The notes: generated from the letters alone by a model not told the origin. 64,000 nucleotides of DNA from Proteromonas lacertae (GCA_002245135.1 NGBS01000611.1:1-64000); one strand, 5' to 3'; positions 37,711-52,042 are shown, counted from the stretch's first letter. Made by a program: numbers and translations.

Positions 37711-38665
37711 ATGGACAGTTTCACTACTTGGATGGAAGATAATAAAGATAATTTATCAGATAAAACAATATTTGATATTTTACTACCAGGAACACACGAT
37801 TCTGGTATTTTTCTCATATTTTATTAATTTTACACTAGGAGCATATGCTTTGGGTAAAAGTGTTGGACCAAATGGAGCTGGTTGTGGTATAGCAGGTAAA
37901 TGCAAAAAGTATCACATTTCAATTAGTGGAACTATGAGGAAATGGTCTCAAGCCCAACCAAATTGTATATATGAGCAACTAGATGCTGGTATTAGACAAT
38001 TAGATATTCGAGCATTATGGGATTCACAAGATTGGGTTTTACACCATTGTTTATTAGGTGATAAAATATTAAGAGTTCTTGTTGAAGTAAAGAGTTTTAT
38101 AGAGAAGCATGAATATGAAGTATTACGAATAGATTTTAGTCATACATTTTATTCTGCAGAAGGTTATAAAAATGAAGAATTATTTGATTTAATAATGAGT
38201 TATATTGGTGATTATTGTATTGATAGAGATACAGATCTACATACACTCACATTTGATGATATGTGGAAGACTAATAAGAGGATTTTAGTCACTTTTGATA
38301 GTGACAAAGGAATTGATAATTATAACTGTATTTTTAATTTGTCAACTATCGCTGAAGGGTATTTTTCTAATAAAGTGAAAGTAGCTGAGATGATTGAACA
38401 TAATAATATGTTGTTATCTAAGCATAATCCTAAGTTAATGTTGGATTTATCTTGGACATTGACTCCAAGAGCTGGGAATATTGTGAAAGGTATGTTCCAT
38501 TGTGGCAAAACGAATTTACTTCAATTAGCATCCAGTGCTGATGAGTATCTTACTGATTGGTTGAATACTCATAAAAATGAGATGAAAGGAGTTGTTTTGA
38601 TGGTTGATAACTATGAAAAATGTCCTGATTTAATAACTATGGCTATTCTAATTGCTCAAAGTTAA
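37711..38665 (+). CDS. PI-PLC X-domain (PLCXD/bacterial PI-PLC-like) protein without signal peptide
   Basis: WMEDN...LLPGTHDS|GAY...WSQAQ...EQLDAGIRQLDIR...LHH. One intron near 37805-37838. Confidence 0.85.
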
Positions 38666-38840
38666 TTTATTATCTTATATATTATCTAAATTTAAATAAT
38701 ATTTAATAATTTGTGTGTATTGGCTTATAAATGCATGAAATGTGTAATATGGACATATTTGTGATATATTATTCAACAGCTAAATCTATTTATTTTTAAA
38801 TATTCAAAAAAAGCGCCATTTCAAATTAGATTTGAAATGA

Positions 38841-40595
38841 ATGGGTGTATGATTGATATGAATATTATTTTTATAGATCAAAGGGCTGCTTAAATTTTTA
38901 GAACCATTTGCTAACAGTTGTCACATTCAAAACTATCGTGGCAAACGATTAGCAATAGATGGCAATATATGGCTTCATAGAGGGTATATTAACACTGAAT
39001 ATTGTATTATTTTACATAGTGCTTATTCTTGTGCACTTGAATTGGGATCTGGAGCAAAAACTACAAAATACACAAATTATGTTATGAAAAAGATAGAAAT
39101 GTTACAATATTATGGAATAACTCCTGTAATGGTATTCGATGGTAGAACACCAAAGGTCAAAGATGATGAAGTGCAAAGAAGAGTAGATAAAATGACAGAA
39201 GACAAGACACAAGGTCTATTATTATTAGACAAAATTAACCACACTCCTAGTGGTAAAGATACATCAAAACTCAAATCAGAAGCTGTTTCTCATTTTCAAA
39301 GATGTATTAGAGTAACACCTGAAATGAAGCAAGAGTTAATATTAGTATTAAAAAAGATGAAGATACAATATATCGTCTCACCTTATGAATCAGATGCCCA
39401 AATGACTTATCTCTGCAAAATTAACTATACTCAAGGTATAATCACTGAGGATAGTGATTTAATCGTATATTCAGCAGTAATCAATAAGAGTTATCCAATC
39501 ATAACTAAACTAGCAGATAATGGTGAAGTTGTAGAATATACATTACAATCTATTTTGAATGGAAGTAAAACGGATAAATTTTGGAAACAAATGAAAGTGA
39601 TGAACAATGTAATGTTCATTCAAGGATGTATCATGTCAGGTTGTGATTATTTAAAATCAATAGAAGGAATAGGAACTAATAAATCATTCAAATTATTACA
39701 GAAATATCACATGTATAGTGATGATGAAAGAATTAAACATATTATAATGGAATTACAAAGACAAAGAAAGAAGAATATTCCAGAAAATTATGTGAATGAT
39801 TTTGAGAAATCGTATAATGCATTTTTTACACATAAAGTGATTGATCCTTTTAAGAATAAAATAGTATCTTTGGTATATGATAGTAAAAAAGAAGAAGATA
39901 ATAATAATAAAACTGTTGAAATAACATCAGATATTGAAGATGATGATGATAATAGTGATATTAAAATAGATACAAATATAGTAAATAATATATCATCAGA
40001 AACAACTGATAATAATGATAATCAACATCATACCATGTTTAATCCATTTAGTAGTAATAAATCAATAAAACCATCATTTACACTAAGGAAATCTCCTATT
40101 ACCATTCCATCCAATTATAATCAACCATCTCCTATATCATCTACAACTTCATCAACTGATGGTAATATAAAGATAGTTACACCAAAGATGAGTGTATTTG
40201 ATAAATTCAACTCAATTAAGTCGAAATATCAGTGTTTAGCTAATAAAGATAAAGAAACAGTAAATAATTCTTATACTGCCAATACTTCTACTACTCCTAG
40301 TAAGAAAACTGATATAATTTCACCAATTGATATTAAATCTTTGAGTTATTTCAGTCAAAAGAAGAAATTATATTCTACTAATAGCAATAACAGTTTATTT
40401 AATAATTATTTGATGAGGAAAGCAATGAGTTCTCCACTGAAAATAGATATTGATAGTAAATCTATGAAAAGAACAATTGGTACAGCCAAATGTATATTAA
40501 AAAGAGCGTATTATAATATTTTTATTATCATTATTTATAGAAAGACAGTTCCTGATACTTCATTCACCAATCAACCACCAAATTCATTATTTTGA
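38841..40595 (+). CDS. EXO1: Exonuclease 1 (XPG/RAD2 family)
   Basis: MG|IKGLLKFL...AIDGNIWLHRG|AYSCA; VFDG; VSPYESDAQ; ITEDSDL; SGCDYL.SI.GIG. Confidence 0.9.
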
Positions 40596-40644
40596 TGGGG
40601 TGAATTAATAAATTTGTTAAAATATGTTTATTATCAGTATTTTA

Positions 40645-40882
40645 TGTTGGGAGCAGTATATTCTGGAGTAATCTCAGTTTATATGTAATTTCGTATATAA
40701 ATAATGTATGTTGAATTTAATATATGTATGTTGGTGTTTCTATTTTAAAATGGCAGCTATTGCTTTTAAAAAAAAGAATTTCAGTATTATTTATGAATTG
40801 ATATTCACTTCTCAAAGTATGAATATTAGATATTAATATTCTAAATAGTTGCTTCAAATTTTATTAGATAGTATTGGATTAT
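40645..40882 (+). pseudogene. Heavily deleted remnant of the MFS transporter gene
   Basis: Colinear patches match the reverse complement of 11955-12010 (TTGGGAGCAGTATATTC...AATCTCAGTTTATATG), 10590-10677 (CAGCTATTGCTTTTAAAA...TTCACTTCTCAAAGTATG) and 10518-10580 (TTATTAGATAGTATTGGATT). Confidence 0.85.
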
Positions 40883-40944
40883 TTGATTATTCTTTATAAA
40901 AAATACATTTCAGATATGTAAACTATATTATTATCAAATGTAAT

Positions 40945-43532
40945 TTACTTGGAATTAGATATTGCTTGTCTTCTTTGTTGAGCTTTCAACACTATTTCTT
41001 CATTCTTCTTTTCAGCTGCTTTGTTTGTACTTGTCGAAATCTTTCCATTGTTTTGATCAATTATTAAAGGTCTTGTCCAAGCATCTCCAGCTTTTGGTTT
41101 TTGATTCTTAAAATCTCTAAAACATTCTACCCATCTCTTCGCTGTTTCTATACTATTTTCACCTTCTACTTTCATCACAATCTTTCTCTCTTTATCACCT
41201 GCTTCAAATGCTTTGATTGAAGAATCTCGAACTTTCAATACCAATGTAAATTCATTACTTCCATCTTTATATTCAATTCCATTATAACATTCTAATGGAA
41301 TACTTTGTTTCTCATCAATATATACTTTGCCATAATAACTAGGAACCATCGAATCATAGATTCTCAATACAGCTGGCTCAAAATATAATACACAATATCT
41401 TCGCTGCCATTTTCCAACTAATCGATCTCGACCACTCTTTAATAAATAACCTTCCATTATTACTTCATAACTAAATGGTTTATAAATATCATCATCACTT
41501 ATCTCATTTTCTTGTTTTATCTTTTCAATTGGAATTACTGTTTCCATTATCTTTTCACTCTTTTCTAAATCTTTCTTGTTTGTTTTACTTCCACCACTAC
41601 TTGATAATGATACTACTAATATTGCTACGATTATTCCGATTATTAATACAGCTCCAATACATATTATTAATATCACCCACCAATATTCTTCTGCCCAAGG
41701 TTTGGAATTATCTTCTACAGAAAGTGGTTCATCAGTTGGTTTAGAAGTGAAATAATTATCAGGATCTTTCTTAATACCTTTATCATTTGCTGATTGAGTT
41801 ATTGTTGCAACAGCATCTGTGACAACTTTATTTTCAACTACATCCTTTAATGCATTACCAATTGGTGTACCTTCTAATTCTGGAGGTATTTCTATAGTTC
41901 CATCACTTTTATCACTTGGTCCAATTACTGATAATAAAGCATTACCGAATTGAATTGGATCAACAGATCCATCTCCTGAAAAAAGTGATGTCCAATTGAA
42001 TGGTGCAGGTGTAGCTTCTTCTAACATTCTATTTCTTAGACTATTTCTACCTTCAACGTATGTCATTAATACAACAACTTCATTATTTCCTAAATTATTT
42101 TCACTTGTCTTATCATCCATGATATATGGACTGTTATTCAAAATTAATTTCAAATTTCTAACAAAATCATTCTTAAAAAGTCCAAAATCTTCTTTCTTTA
42201 TTGTTTCACCTTCTGTTGGCTTAAAAGAAAAAGTTCCTTCTATTTTTGTACAATATTCTCCTTCATATGTTAACTCACAACATAATCCTTGAGGATCTTC
42301 CCTATTTGGTGGTTTACATTCTAAATCATGATTTACTTTAATTGTGTAATTAACATCAATTCCGTATTGATTACTATCAACATTAACTTTTACAGGATAT
42401 AAACCATCTAATTTTTCTTCACCCTTATAATTAATTTGTATGTCATCCCAGTTAAATGTATCACTTTTGGTTATTGGTTGTATATCAGTAACATTATCAT
42501 CTTTTGTAATGTTGTAATTATCAGTAACAACTTTGTTAAAATTCAAAGTAACTGGCGTATTTTTATTATCATCTAATTCCTGTTTTGTATAACCAGTAAT
42601 TGTTGGATATTGTAATTCTAATGTTACATTAAATGGAGTTGATAATTTTACCATAACAGGAACTGTTGATAAGTATGGATTAATACCAGTAGGCTTATAT
42701 TCAACAAAATTAATGGTAAAATTTGTTTCTTTACTCTGTCCATCAGCTGAACATTGGATTGTACATGTAACTGAATCACCATTTGGAGAAATTGTTTTAG
42801 GTGTTAAAGTGATATTACCATCCTCACTAAATGTTGGAGTAGTAGTAATACCTTCACAATGAAGGTTTGAATATTTTATTTCCTTACTATGGAAATTGTA
42901 ACTTAATGGTAATAATGTCTTTTCTGTTTCAGAACCATTAATAAATCTGTATGTAGAGTATTGATATTGACATTCAAGAGGTTCTGGTGTTGTTCCAGTT
43001 ACAGTTTCTGTTCCTTGCGGTGTAGTTGCTGCTGGTTCATCTGTCTCACCACTACCACCTTCTTCTTCTGGAGTTGTTGTTACATCAGGTTTAGTTGTTC
43101 CTTCTGCTGTTGTTGCTTCATATTTTGTTGTACCTGTGAATTCTTCATCATCACCATTTGGTGTTGTTGGACCTGTTGATCCTTCTTCTGATTTTTGAGT
43201 TGTTGTTACTTCAGGTGTTGTTTTTACTGAACCTTCACCACTATCATCATCTGATCCAGTACCTTCCAATTCTCTTTCTTCATCTAAGTTCATTCGCTTC
43301 TTTACTATCAAATCTTCTCCATCATTGTTGGAATTACTATTATTATTATAAGATTCAAACTTATACTCATTCATCTTTCCAGATAAACCATCTCTCAATC
43401 CGCTTACTAACTTGGTCTTCTTTTCTTTACTTAAATCACTTAAACCACTCACACTCACTAAGATCAATGCAAATATGCATACTATTAAATTAAACAAACT
43501 AATATACCATAGTAAATGTTTAATTTACTCAT
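40945..43532 (-). CDS. Type I surface protein with cytoplasmic PH domain (copy 3)
   Basis: ATG at 43532 and a 26-nt intron at 43482-43507. Intact ORF with the same architecture as copies 1 and 2. Confidence 0.88.
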
Positions 43533-44035
43533 TATTCAATGAAATAGAGAATGAAATTTAAAATCACTCAACTGCTGTGTAATGATTGGTTTAAATCTTA
43601 TGAAACGGCTCTTTTCATGTTTCATTCGTTTTACATTATTTCTGTGTAATTTGTATTAATTGACTAAATGAATTTAAAAGTCTGAAATATAATAGAAATG
43701 ACTATTCCAAGTATTAAATACTCTTTATCTTCACTAAATCTCTGATTTTTTCTTGTTTATTGTTTAAGTATGTTTTCTAAATCTTCATTACCACAGTGAA
43801 TATGAAAAATATTCCATTTCATTATATCTTCTTCTAATTCACTATTTTAATCATTTTCAGTTGTTTTATCATTCCAATCATATCTTCACTAAGAGTTACC
43901 TTCATTTAAACTTTCAATCATACTAAATTGAATGGATATATACACTTTTCAATAGAATAATATCATCATAAATGGTTTATTTTTGAAATGAAAATACAAG
44001 AATGTTTGATAGTAATCAAGCCTAGATTATTAAAA

Positions 44036-45081
44036 ATGAAAATTCTCACTATTGTGATATTATTTTTACTAATTAATATTGTAAAATGTGAATTAAAGTA
44101 TGAAAGATGGATGGAAGAGAATAAAGAATATTTGTTAAACAAAACTCTGTTAGATGTGATAATTCCAGGAACTCACGATAGTGGAACATACTATTTATCT
44201 GACATAATGGCACCTGGTGGATCTGGAAGTGAATTTGATGTATTTTTAGAATTAGCTGAAATTCTTCATGCTCCAATTGCTGAAATAATGAGACCATGGA
44301 GTGTAACTCAAACAGATAATTTGATAGAACAATTTAAAGCAGGATTTCGACATATTGATTTAAGAGTTTTATGGGATAGAGGTGAATGGCGAACTCATCA
44401 TGCTTTAGAAGGTGATAGAATCTATGATATGATAATTGATATAAAGAAATTTATTGAAAGTCATCCATATGAAGTAATAATTGTTGAATTAGGTCATACT
44501 GATTATTCTGAAATTGGTTGGAATAACACAGAATTAATGTATTTAATAAGTGATATCTTAGGAGATTATATGTTAGAAAATGATTTCAAAGATATATATG
44601 ATTTAACATTCAAAGAAATGTGGGAAAATAATAAACGATTGATATTTATGTTTGATATATTTGATGACACTTTGAATAATAACAAATTCTTTTATTTGAG
44701 TAAAATAAGTGAAGGATATTATGCAAATAGTGCCAATGTTAATGATATGATAAATCATAATGATTATTTAATATCTGATCGAGTAAATTCATTTTTATTA
44801 GAAATATCTTTTACTTTAACAGCTGATGTATATTTATTTATTTATTTATTTATATAATATATTATTAGGGTAATACAATATTTGGTTCAATATTACCCAA
44901 ACATCCAAAATCATTATTGGAATTATCAAAATATGCGAATAAAGAATTGAAGAAGTGGTTATCAAGTCATAAATATGATATATTGGGAAGTATAATAGTA
45001 ATAGATGATTATGCAAGTTGTGAAGCGTTGGTAGAATATGCAGTAGAAATGTGTAAATTACCATTAAATAAAGATAATTAG
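44036..45081 (+). CDS. Secreted PI-PLC X-domain protein
   Basis: Signal peptide MKILTIVILFLLINIVKC; IPGTHDSG; GFRHIDLR; THH. Intron near 44828-44868. Confidence 0.85.
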
Positions 45082-45253
45082 AGTTTTTTATATATAATTA
45101 GTTTATAATCTAAAATTTTTATATTAAAATAATTTTATTATGTTTATAGGTTTGAGGATAAATATTAAATATCAATAATATAATTCAATACAATTAAAAA
45201 AAGAATTAAATGTATTTAGGTTTGATTCCTATCAAGCAATCTCATTCTTCAAA

Positions 45254-46317
45254 ATGAAATATGTCGCTTTGTTGTTGTTAATATTATTAGTTAGCAGTGT
45301 AAAAAGTGATATAAATTATGAAAGATGGATGGAAGATAATAAGGATTTTATTGCTAATAAAACACTCTATAATATTGTTTTACCAGGAACTCATGATACA
45401 GGTATTATCAAAAAATATATATTTGTATAGGATCATATAGATTTTCTGATAATATTGCTCCGGGAGGTTCAGGTGCTGAATTTGACGCTTTTATAAAGTT
45501 AGCTGAAATATTACACATTCCTATAGCTGATGTAATAAGACCATGGAGTTTAACACAAACAGGAAATATAACTCAACAATTATTATCTGGTTTTAGACAT
45601 TTTGACTTGAGAGCAATATTGGATCATAATAATTGGTATACCTATCATGCATTAGAAGGAAATTTAATCCATGATATAATAATAGAATTAAAGAACTTCA
45701 TTACTTCTCATCCTTTTGAAATTGTGTTTGTAGAAGTAGGACATACATATCCATCAGTAAAAGGATATAATAATACTGAATTATTATATCTAATATCTGA
45801 TTTAGTAGGTGACTATATGATTAAGAAGGATATGGATAATAATAAGGAGTTATATGATATTACACTGAAAGAGATGTGGGAAATGAATAGAAGGTTAATA
45901 TTTTCATTTGATGAATTTAGTGATACACTTTATAACGATTATTTCTATTATCATACTTCAATATGTGAAGGTGTTTATGCTAATACTCCCAAAGTTGATG
46001 AAATGATTAAACATAATGATGATATGATTAAAGGAAGAGTGGAAGGGTTTATTATGCAAGTGTCATATACTTTAACTGCTACTGTATTGTTCATTTATGA
46101 TATATTGTAGACTGATACGATTTTAAGTTCAATATTACCAAATCATCCAAAGTCAGTGATTGATTTAGCGAAAAAAGCTCAGAAAGAGTTGAATAATTGG
46201 TTAGCAAAACATAAGACTGATTTATTTGGTAGTATTATAGATGTTGATGATTTTGTGAATTGTAAAGCTGTAGTTGATTTTGCGATTGAAATGGCTAAAA
46301 TACCTTTAAAAGTGTAA
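45254..46317 (+). CDS. Secreted PI-PLC X-domain protein
   Basis: Signal peptide MKYVALLLLILLVSSVKS; LPGTHDT|G; GFRHFDLR. Two introns. Confidence 0.85.
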
Positions 46318-46426
46318 TAATATGATAGTGTGTGATAAAAATATTGATTGGGCAAAAAATAAAAAATAAAAAGGACATGATCTGTCCAAATCCCAATTTT
46401 TCTAATTCAATTTCTGTGTGTTCTAT

Positions 46427-47481
46427 ATGAAATTTCGTCAATATTTAATCTGTTTTGTAATATATATGATAAATTATTCACTTGAATACAAATATGATAG
46501 ATGGATAGAAGAATCTAGATCTATTCTCTCAGAAAAGACACTTTTTGATGTAATGCTGCCTGGTACCCATGATTCAGGAACATATAGTCTTGGTGAAAAT
46601 ATATGTCCAGGTGGTGGTGGAGGTAAAACCAATGAAATCCTCAAAGTCACCAACGCATTGTTATTACCAGTCCAAAAGATAATGAAGAGATGGTCAATTA
46701 CACAGAATGGAAATATAACAACTCAACTAAATGCAGGAATGAGATATTTTGATATAAGAGCATTATGGGATAAGGATCAATGGTATATACATCATGCTCT
46801 GGAAGGTGAATATATTCATTCTGTATTTCACCAAATCAAGAACTTTCTAGATATTCATGTATGAAATTAAGGAAATATATATATAATTGATTAGAAATAT
46901 GAAGTTATTTGGATTGATGTAAGTCATACGGATTTTTCAGCTGATGGATATAATAATACAGAATAATTATACCTAATAACTGATATAATTGGATATTATG
47001 CAATACCAACAGAATTGGAGATAAGAGAATTGAAATTCAAAAGAATGTGGAAGAATGATATAAGGTTAGTGCTAACATTTGATTTATTTGAAGAAACACT
47101 AGAAAATAACAAGTATTTATATAATTATATTATATTAATAATAGATTTTTCTTTGTAAATGATCTCGTTGAAGGTGCTTTTGCAAATACGCCATATAAAG
47201 AAGAAATGATTATTCATAATACCAATCTATTAGATGAAAGAAGTGAAGGATTAATTTTGCAGATTAGTTGGACAATTACTCCAGGAATAGAAACAGTGTT
47301 GTGTTCAGCATTACCTGGAAGACCTCAGAGTTTGCTTGCACTTGCTGTTGATGCTAATAGTGAGTTTTTAAAGTGGTTTAATGCAAAAAGGAAGTTATTG
47401 AAAGGTACTATTGTTATGGTTGATAATTTTGAACAAGCTGAAAGTTTGGTAAAATCAGCTATTTTGATTAGTAGAAGTTAA
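46427..47481 (+). CDS. Secreted PI-PLC X-domain protein
   Basis: Hydrophobic N-terminus; MLPGTHDSG; QLNAGMRYFDIR; IHH. Two introns. Confidence 0.85.
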
Positions 47482-47594
47482 GTAATTTAAGAATATATAA
47501 TGTAATCAATTTTTTAATGATATTTTTCATTTTTATTCCATTGTAATTTGCTCATTATCATTATTTTACATTATGAAAACATAATTTTACTGAT

Positions 47595-48093
47595 ATGTTA
47601 AAACTGATGAAAAAAAACAAACTGATTCAAGCTTCCATTCAAGCAATTTCTGTTATTCGTTTTTTAAAAATATCTAAAAAGCCTATCACATTTTATGAAA
47701 AATCAAATGGTATAATAGTTCATTTAATTTCTACAGACAACAAGGTCAGGTTTGTCATTAGCTCCAATTCGATCATCACCCATTCCAAGTTTTGATGCAA
47801 GTTATAATGATGATCCGTTATTCAAATGTTCATCGTTAAGTTCATCAATGCCTAAACTAGCTCCTTTACCTTCATCACAGAGATTTATGCCACTTGTTTA
47901 TCGTATGATTAGAATAATTTATTTTATTAGCACAAGACAGTGAATTGATGATTCCAGAAGTTTCAAGCAACAGTCGTAAGTTACAACCTCTAAATGTTCA
48001 ACATAACAAATTTCCTATGTATAAAAAGCAATCAATTAAGAAAAAGAAGAGTTTACATCCTTTAGAACCATTGCCATTGCTGTGGAATAAATA
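47595..48093 (+). CDS. Small Pro/Ser-rich hypothetical protein (structure uncertain)
   Basis: Coding-like segments (LAPIRSSPIPSF..., KLQPL..., LHPLEPLPLLWNK) separated by GT-AG micro-introns. Confidence 0.3.
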
Positions 48094-48296
48094 GTAGACA
48101 TTTATTTCTTTTTCATTTTTCGATTTTACGTTTTATATTTAAACAGTTATTTTGTATTTATCTTATATAATTTTTTTCGTCAATTCTTATTATATATATT
48201 TTATGTTGGGGTTATAATGTTTTAAAACAACAACAACAAATAATAATAATAAAAATAATAATCTAAAAAAAATTCTCTGAAAAAAAAGTCATTAAT

Positions 48297-49431
48297 CTAA
48301 AGAATTTCATTAATTTTCTTCTTTTGTTCTTCAGTCAATGCTCTAGGATATTGAATCAACAATTTAACATGTAAATCACCAAATTCAGAAGGATAATTAT
48401 GAACAGGCATACCTTCACCCTTCAAATCAATTACTTGGAATGGTTTACTCACTTCATCTTTATTCTCAACAGTAACACTATGTTGGTCCATATGATGAAA
48501 TGTCTTTGAAAATCCTAATAATGCTTCTTTCAATGATATTTTCAAATCCATATACAATTCTTTATCTTGTCTAGTGAATCGATAATGTGGTTTCAATTTT
48601 AAATCAAATACAACATCACCAGGAATCATTCCTGGAGTTTGTTTACTGGCTCTCTCAAACCTGACTTGATAGTCACTTGGCATACCTTTTTCGATCACCA
48701 CATCCAATACTTTATCTTCATTAACTACTTTATTACCATGACAGTGTGGACAAGCCTCTTTGTATGTATTTCCTTTACCACCACATACTGGACAGGTTTG
48801 TTGGGTTTGAATAACGAATCCTGGAGCTACTTGTTGATTTACATTAACAACACCTTTTCCACCACATTTTTTGCATTTTTTTGTCTCACCACCCTTTGCA
48901 CCAGTACCTCTACATTTTGGACAGATTACACTTCTATTGATTTTTGATTTCTTTGTAGCTCCATTATATAGTTCTTCTAAAGTAACTTCCAAGTCTAAAT
49001 GTGCATCAGCATCTTTTCTTCTTCCTCTACCACCACCTCCTCCAAATCCACCAAAGAATAAATCCTCTAATGTTGTTGGTCTATTTCTTCGTTGGCCATC
49101 TTCTTCTAATCCTTCTTCCCCATCTATATCATATACTGAACGCTTATCTGGATCAGATAATATCTATTTAATTAGAATATATTGTGTTATACTTCATAAG
49201 CATGAGAAATTTCTTTGAATTTTTCTTCTGCTTCTGCATTTCCCTTATTTTTGTCTGGATGATATTGTAAACTAAGTTTTCTAAAAGCTTTCTTTATTTG
49301 CTGATCAGTTGCATCTCTTTTAACTCCCAAAACTATAATAAAAGAGTAAAATGCATTTGATACTTTCATATAAATCTTTGCCAGCATAAACCGATAGTAT
49401 TAATAACCAGCAGTAACAAAATGTATTTCAT
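48297..49431 (-). CDS. ER-lumenal type I DnaJ (Scj1/ERdj3-like): signal peptide, J domain, CxxCxGxG zinc finger
   Basis: [16 protein letters not shown]; four CxxCxGxG-type repeats; PGDV; GEGMP. Two introns; apparent 1-nt indel in the signal peptide. Confidence 0.88.
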
Positions 49432-49649
49432 TTTGATCTATAAACAGTAGAATTTGGCTTATATAGAAAAAATGAGATATAAAAAAATTCAATAAACAAA
49501 AAAGATAATCTATAATACATCATACTTCCTCTAAAAAACAAAAATTGAATTGAAAAAATGTTTGTCAATGCTCAAGCTTCTCATTATTTAATTTCCATTT
49601 TTAACAACCAAAACATATATACAGATAAATAAACATTAAATTACTTAAA

Positions 49650-50822
49650 TTATACATACTCATAAATATTATTTGACATATAGTACAATCCACCAGGTGA
49701 TAAACCATGAATCCATAAATAATTCTTCTTTATTTCATCAAAATTTATGAATTTTGTTTGTATAAAATCAGATACTCTGTGATTGAATATATTATACTGA
49801 CTAATATTACAATATTGCAGTAACATTCCTAAATAAACATCATCCATAAATATTATCTTCTTCATATAATAAGAAGCATTTAATACTTTCTTAATTGTGT
49901 TTTCTGATAGGAATATACATGGACCTTGTGGATAATCTGGCCAATATTCACCAGAATAAGCAGAATAAGTGACATACCATTTTTTCCATCCATTCATTTT
50001 CGAAGAAATGTGATGAATTACTCTCTGATGTTTGTACACAGCTGAAATCACTGGATATACAGTAGAAATACTATGAAAATGTTCTAAATAATAAGGAATA
50101 TTAAGAAATATATCAATTTGATGCATTACAACATATTTGTAGTTTTTACAATGATTATTTATCCATCTTAAACTGCCAATCATATTATATGGTAGTTTAT
50201 AATACTCTCCAATAAAATCAAACTGAATTATATCTCCATAGTATTGATTTTCTTCACTTATCAATCTATTTATATTGTCTATTTCACTTGTTGTAGTGAA
50301 AAAGAATGTTTGAATAAATGAATAATTATAATACATTTTTCTATAAGTATATCTCTCTAGGAATGATTCTACTGGACTTGTTATTACCAATATTAATTCT
50401 ACACCATTTTTACATGGATTTATTGGGTGGATATTAATATTAATATTAATTGGATGTTTTAATATAAATTTTGGTGAGTATATATTCTTTGCTCTATTTT
50501 TAATACCTTCATATAATAATCCGCACTTCAAGAAATAACGGAATTTGCAATTCATATAAGCATTATATCTCGTAGACAGTCGTTTATTCATATACTTCAC
50601 ATATACTGTATATTTCCTTTTATATACACTTAGATTACCTTCAACCATGGTAAACAAAGGAGGATATTGAGAAGCTTTCTTCAAATCATAACCATTTTGT
50701 AAACAAATCCATAAATCATAAAAATAATCCAATTTCTCAGTATATAAAAAAAGATACATAGTTAAATTAATTGAAATATCTACAATTATAATCAATAGGA
50801 AGAATAAAAAGAGTTTACTCAT
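49650..50822 (-). CDS. GT31 beta-1,3-galactosyltransferase-like, type II membrane
   Basis: N-terminal TM; FLERYTYR; ENQYYGDIIQFDF; WPDYPQGP; MDDVYLG; WIHG. Confidence 0.8.
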   Translation of the reverse strand: MSKLFLFFLLIIIVDISINLTMYLFLYTEKLDYFYDLWICLQNGYDLKKASQYPPLFTMVEGNLSVYKRKYTVYVKYMNKRLSTRYNAYMNCKFRYFLKCGLLYEGIKNRAKNIYSPKFILKHPINININIHPINPCKNGVELILVITSPVESFLERYTYRKMYYNYSFIQTFFFTTTSEIDNINRLISEENQYYGDIIQFDFIGEYYKLPYNMIGSLRWINNHCKNYKYVVMHQIDIFLNIPYYLEHFHSISTVYPVISAVYKHQRVIHHISSKMNGWKKWYVTYSAYSGEYWPDYPQGPCIFLSENTIKKVLNASYYMKKIIFMDDVYLGMLLQYCNISQYNIFNHRVSDFIQTKFINFDEIKKNYLWIHGLSPGGLYYMSNNIYEYV

Positions 50823-50925
50823 TATTCAAGTTTGACAGGAATCAAGCTTACATAAACATTATCAATTATAATAATCACACATCAAAAGAAAAACAACGAA
50901 TCAATTATAAATTAATCCTACACGA

Positions 50926-52042
50926 CTATTGATATAGAGTTTTTGATAAAAAATAAATAGAACCTGGAGTTAAAGCATGAATCCACAGCAAACCATTTCT
51001 AATTTCATCAAAGTGAATATATAGGATGATTTGGATAATTTGACACAATATTCTCATCATAATTACACTGAGAATTAGTTGAACCAGTATAATTCAACAA
51101 CAAACCAATAAATACATCATCCATTGGCAATATCGTTTTAACATGATAAGTAGCATCATCTAATGCATTAATCAAACTCTCTGTAAACATAATACACGCT
51201 GCTGATGGGAAATTAGGGTAAAATGAGAAAGGATAGACAGATTTAGGCACATACCATTTCCTATATATACTACTCGTATCTCTAACTGGTGCATATCCAT
51301 AACGAATTAATCCTATCAAAGGACATACCTTTGTGATTGTAGAATTATAAATATGTGTTAAAAAATATGGAATGTTTATAAATATATCTGTTTGATGGTG
51401 GATTATATATTTGTAATTTGAACAGTGAGACTTTAGCCATCTAATAATACTTATCATTATTACGGAGAGTTTATAATAACTACCTTCAACATTAAATTGG
51501 ATAATATCGTTATACTTTTTGTTTTCTTCTATAATAAATGAATTAATTGTTTGATTTTCACTAAAACCCATAAAGAAAAACAAAGGGTAGTATTCATTTA
51601 GTAATTGGTAAGACTGTCGATATGCATGACGTTCAAGAAATGAATTTGGAGAGGTCATTATAGATATAATCAAATCTGTGTTAATACATTTTGCATTTGA
51701 TTCTAGTCTAATACTTGTTTCTACTGGGAATGCAATAGTATCATTTGGAGGTATATTATTAGCTACTGGCAATTTAAATCCTTCAAAATTCTCACCACAA
51801 TCAAGTATTCCATACTTTGTACAATTTTTATAGTTATTATACCTACTATGCAGCTGTTTATCTAAACGATCGTATAATTCATCATAATTTCTAGATTTAA
51901 ACGGATCTGGTGGTAGAAGATAGAAATACCTTCTTCTTTTAAAGTGAAAACTAGTACTTAGCATAAGTGCAACTGACATACATATCATGAATGTGGAAAA
52001 TGATATGAACAGCACAAGTATAAGCATTTTGAATTCTGACAT
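50926..52042 (-). CDS. GT31 glycosyltransferase-like (frameshift near 51010)
   Basis: Same motifs (ENKKYNDIIQF, MDDVFIG). The conserved tail DEIRNGLLWIHALTPG is in another frame after CTTTGA and ends at TAG 50926. Confidence 0.75.
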
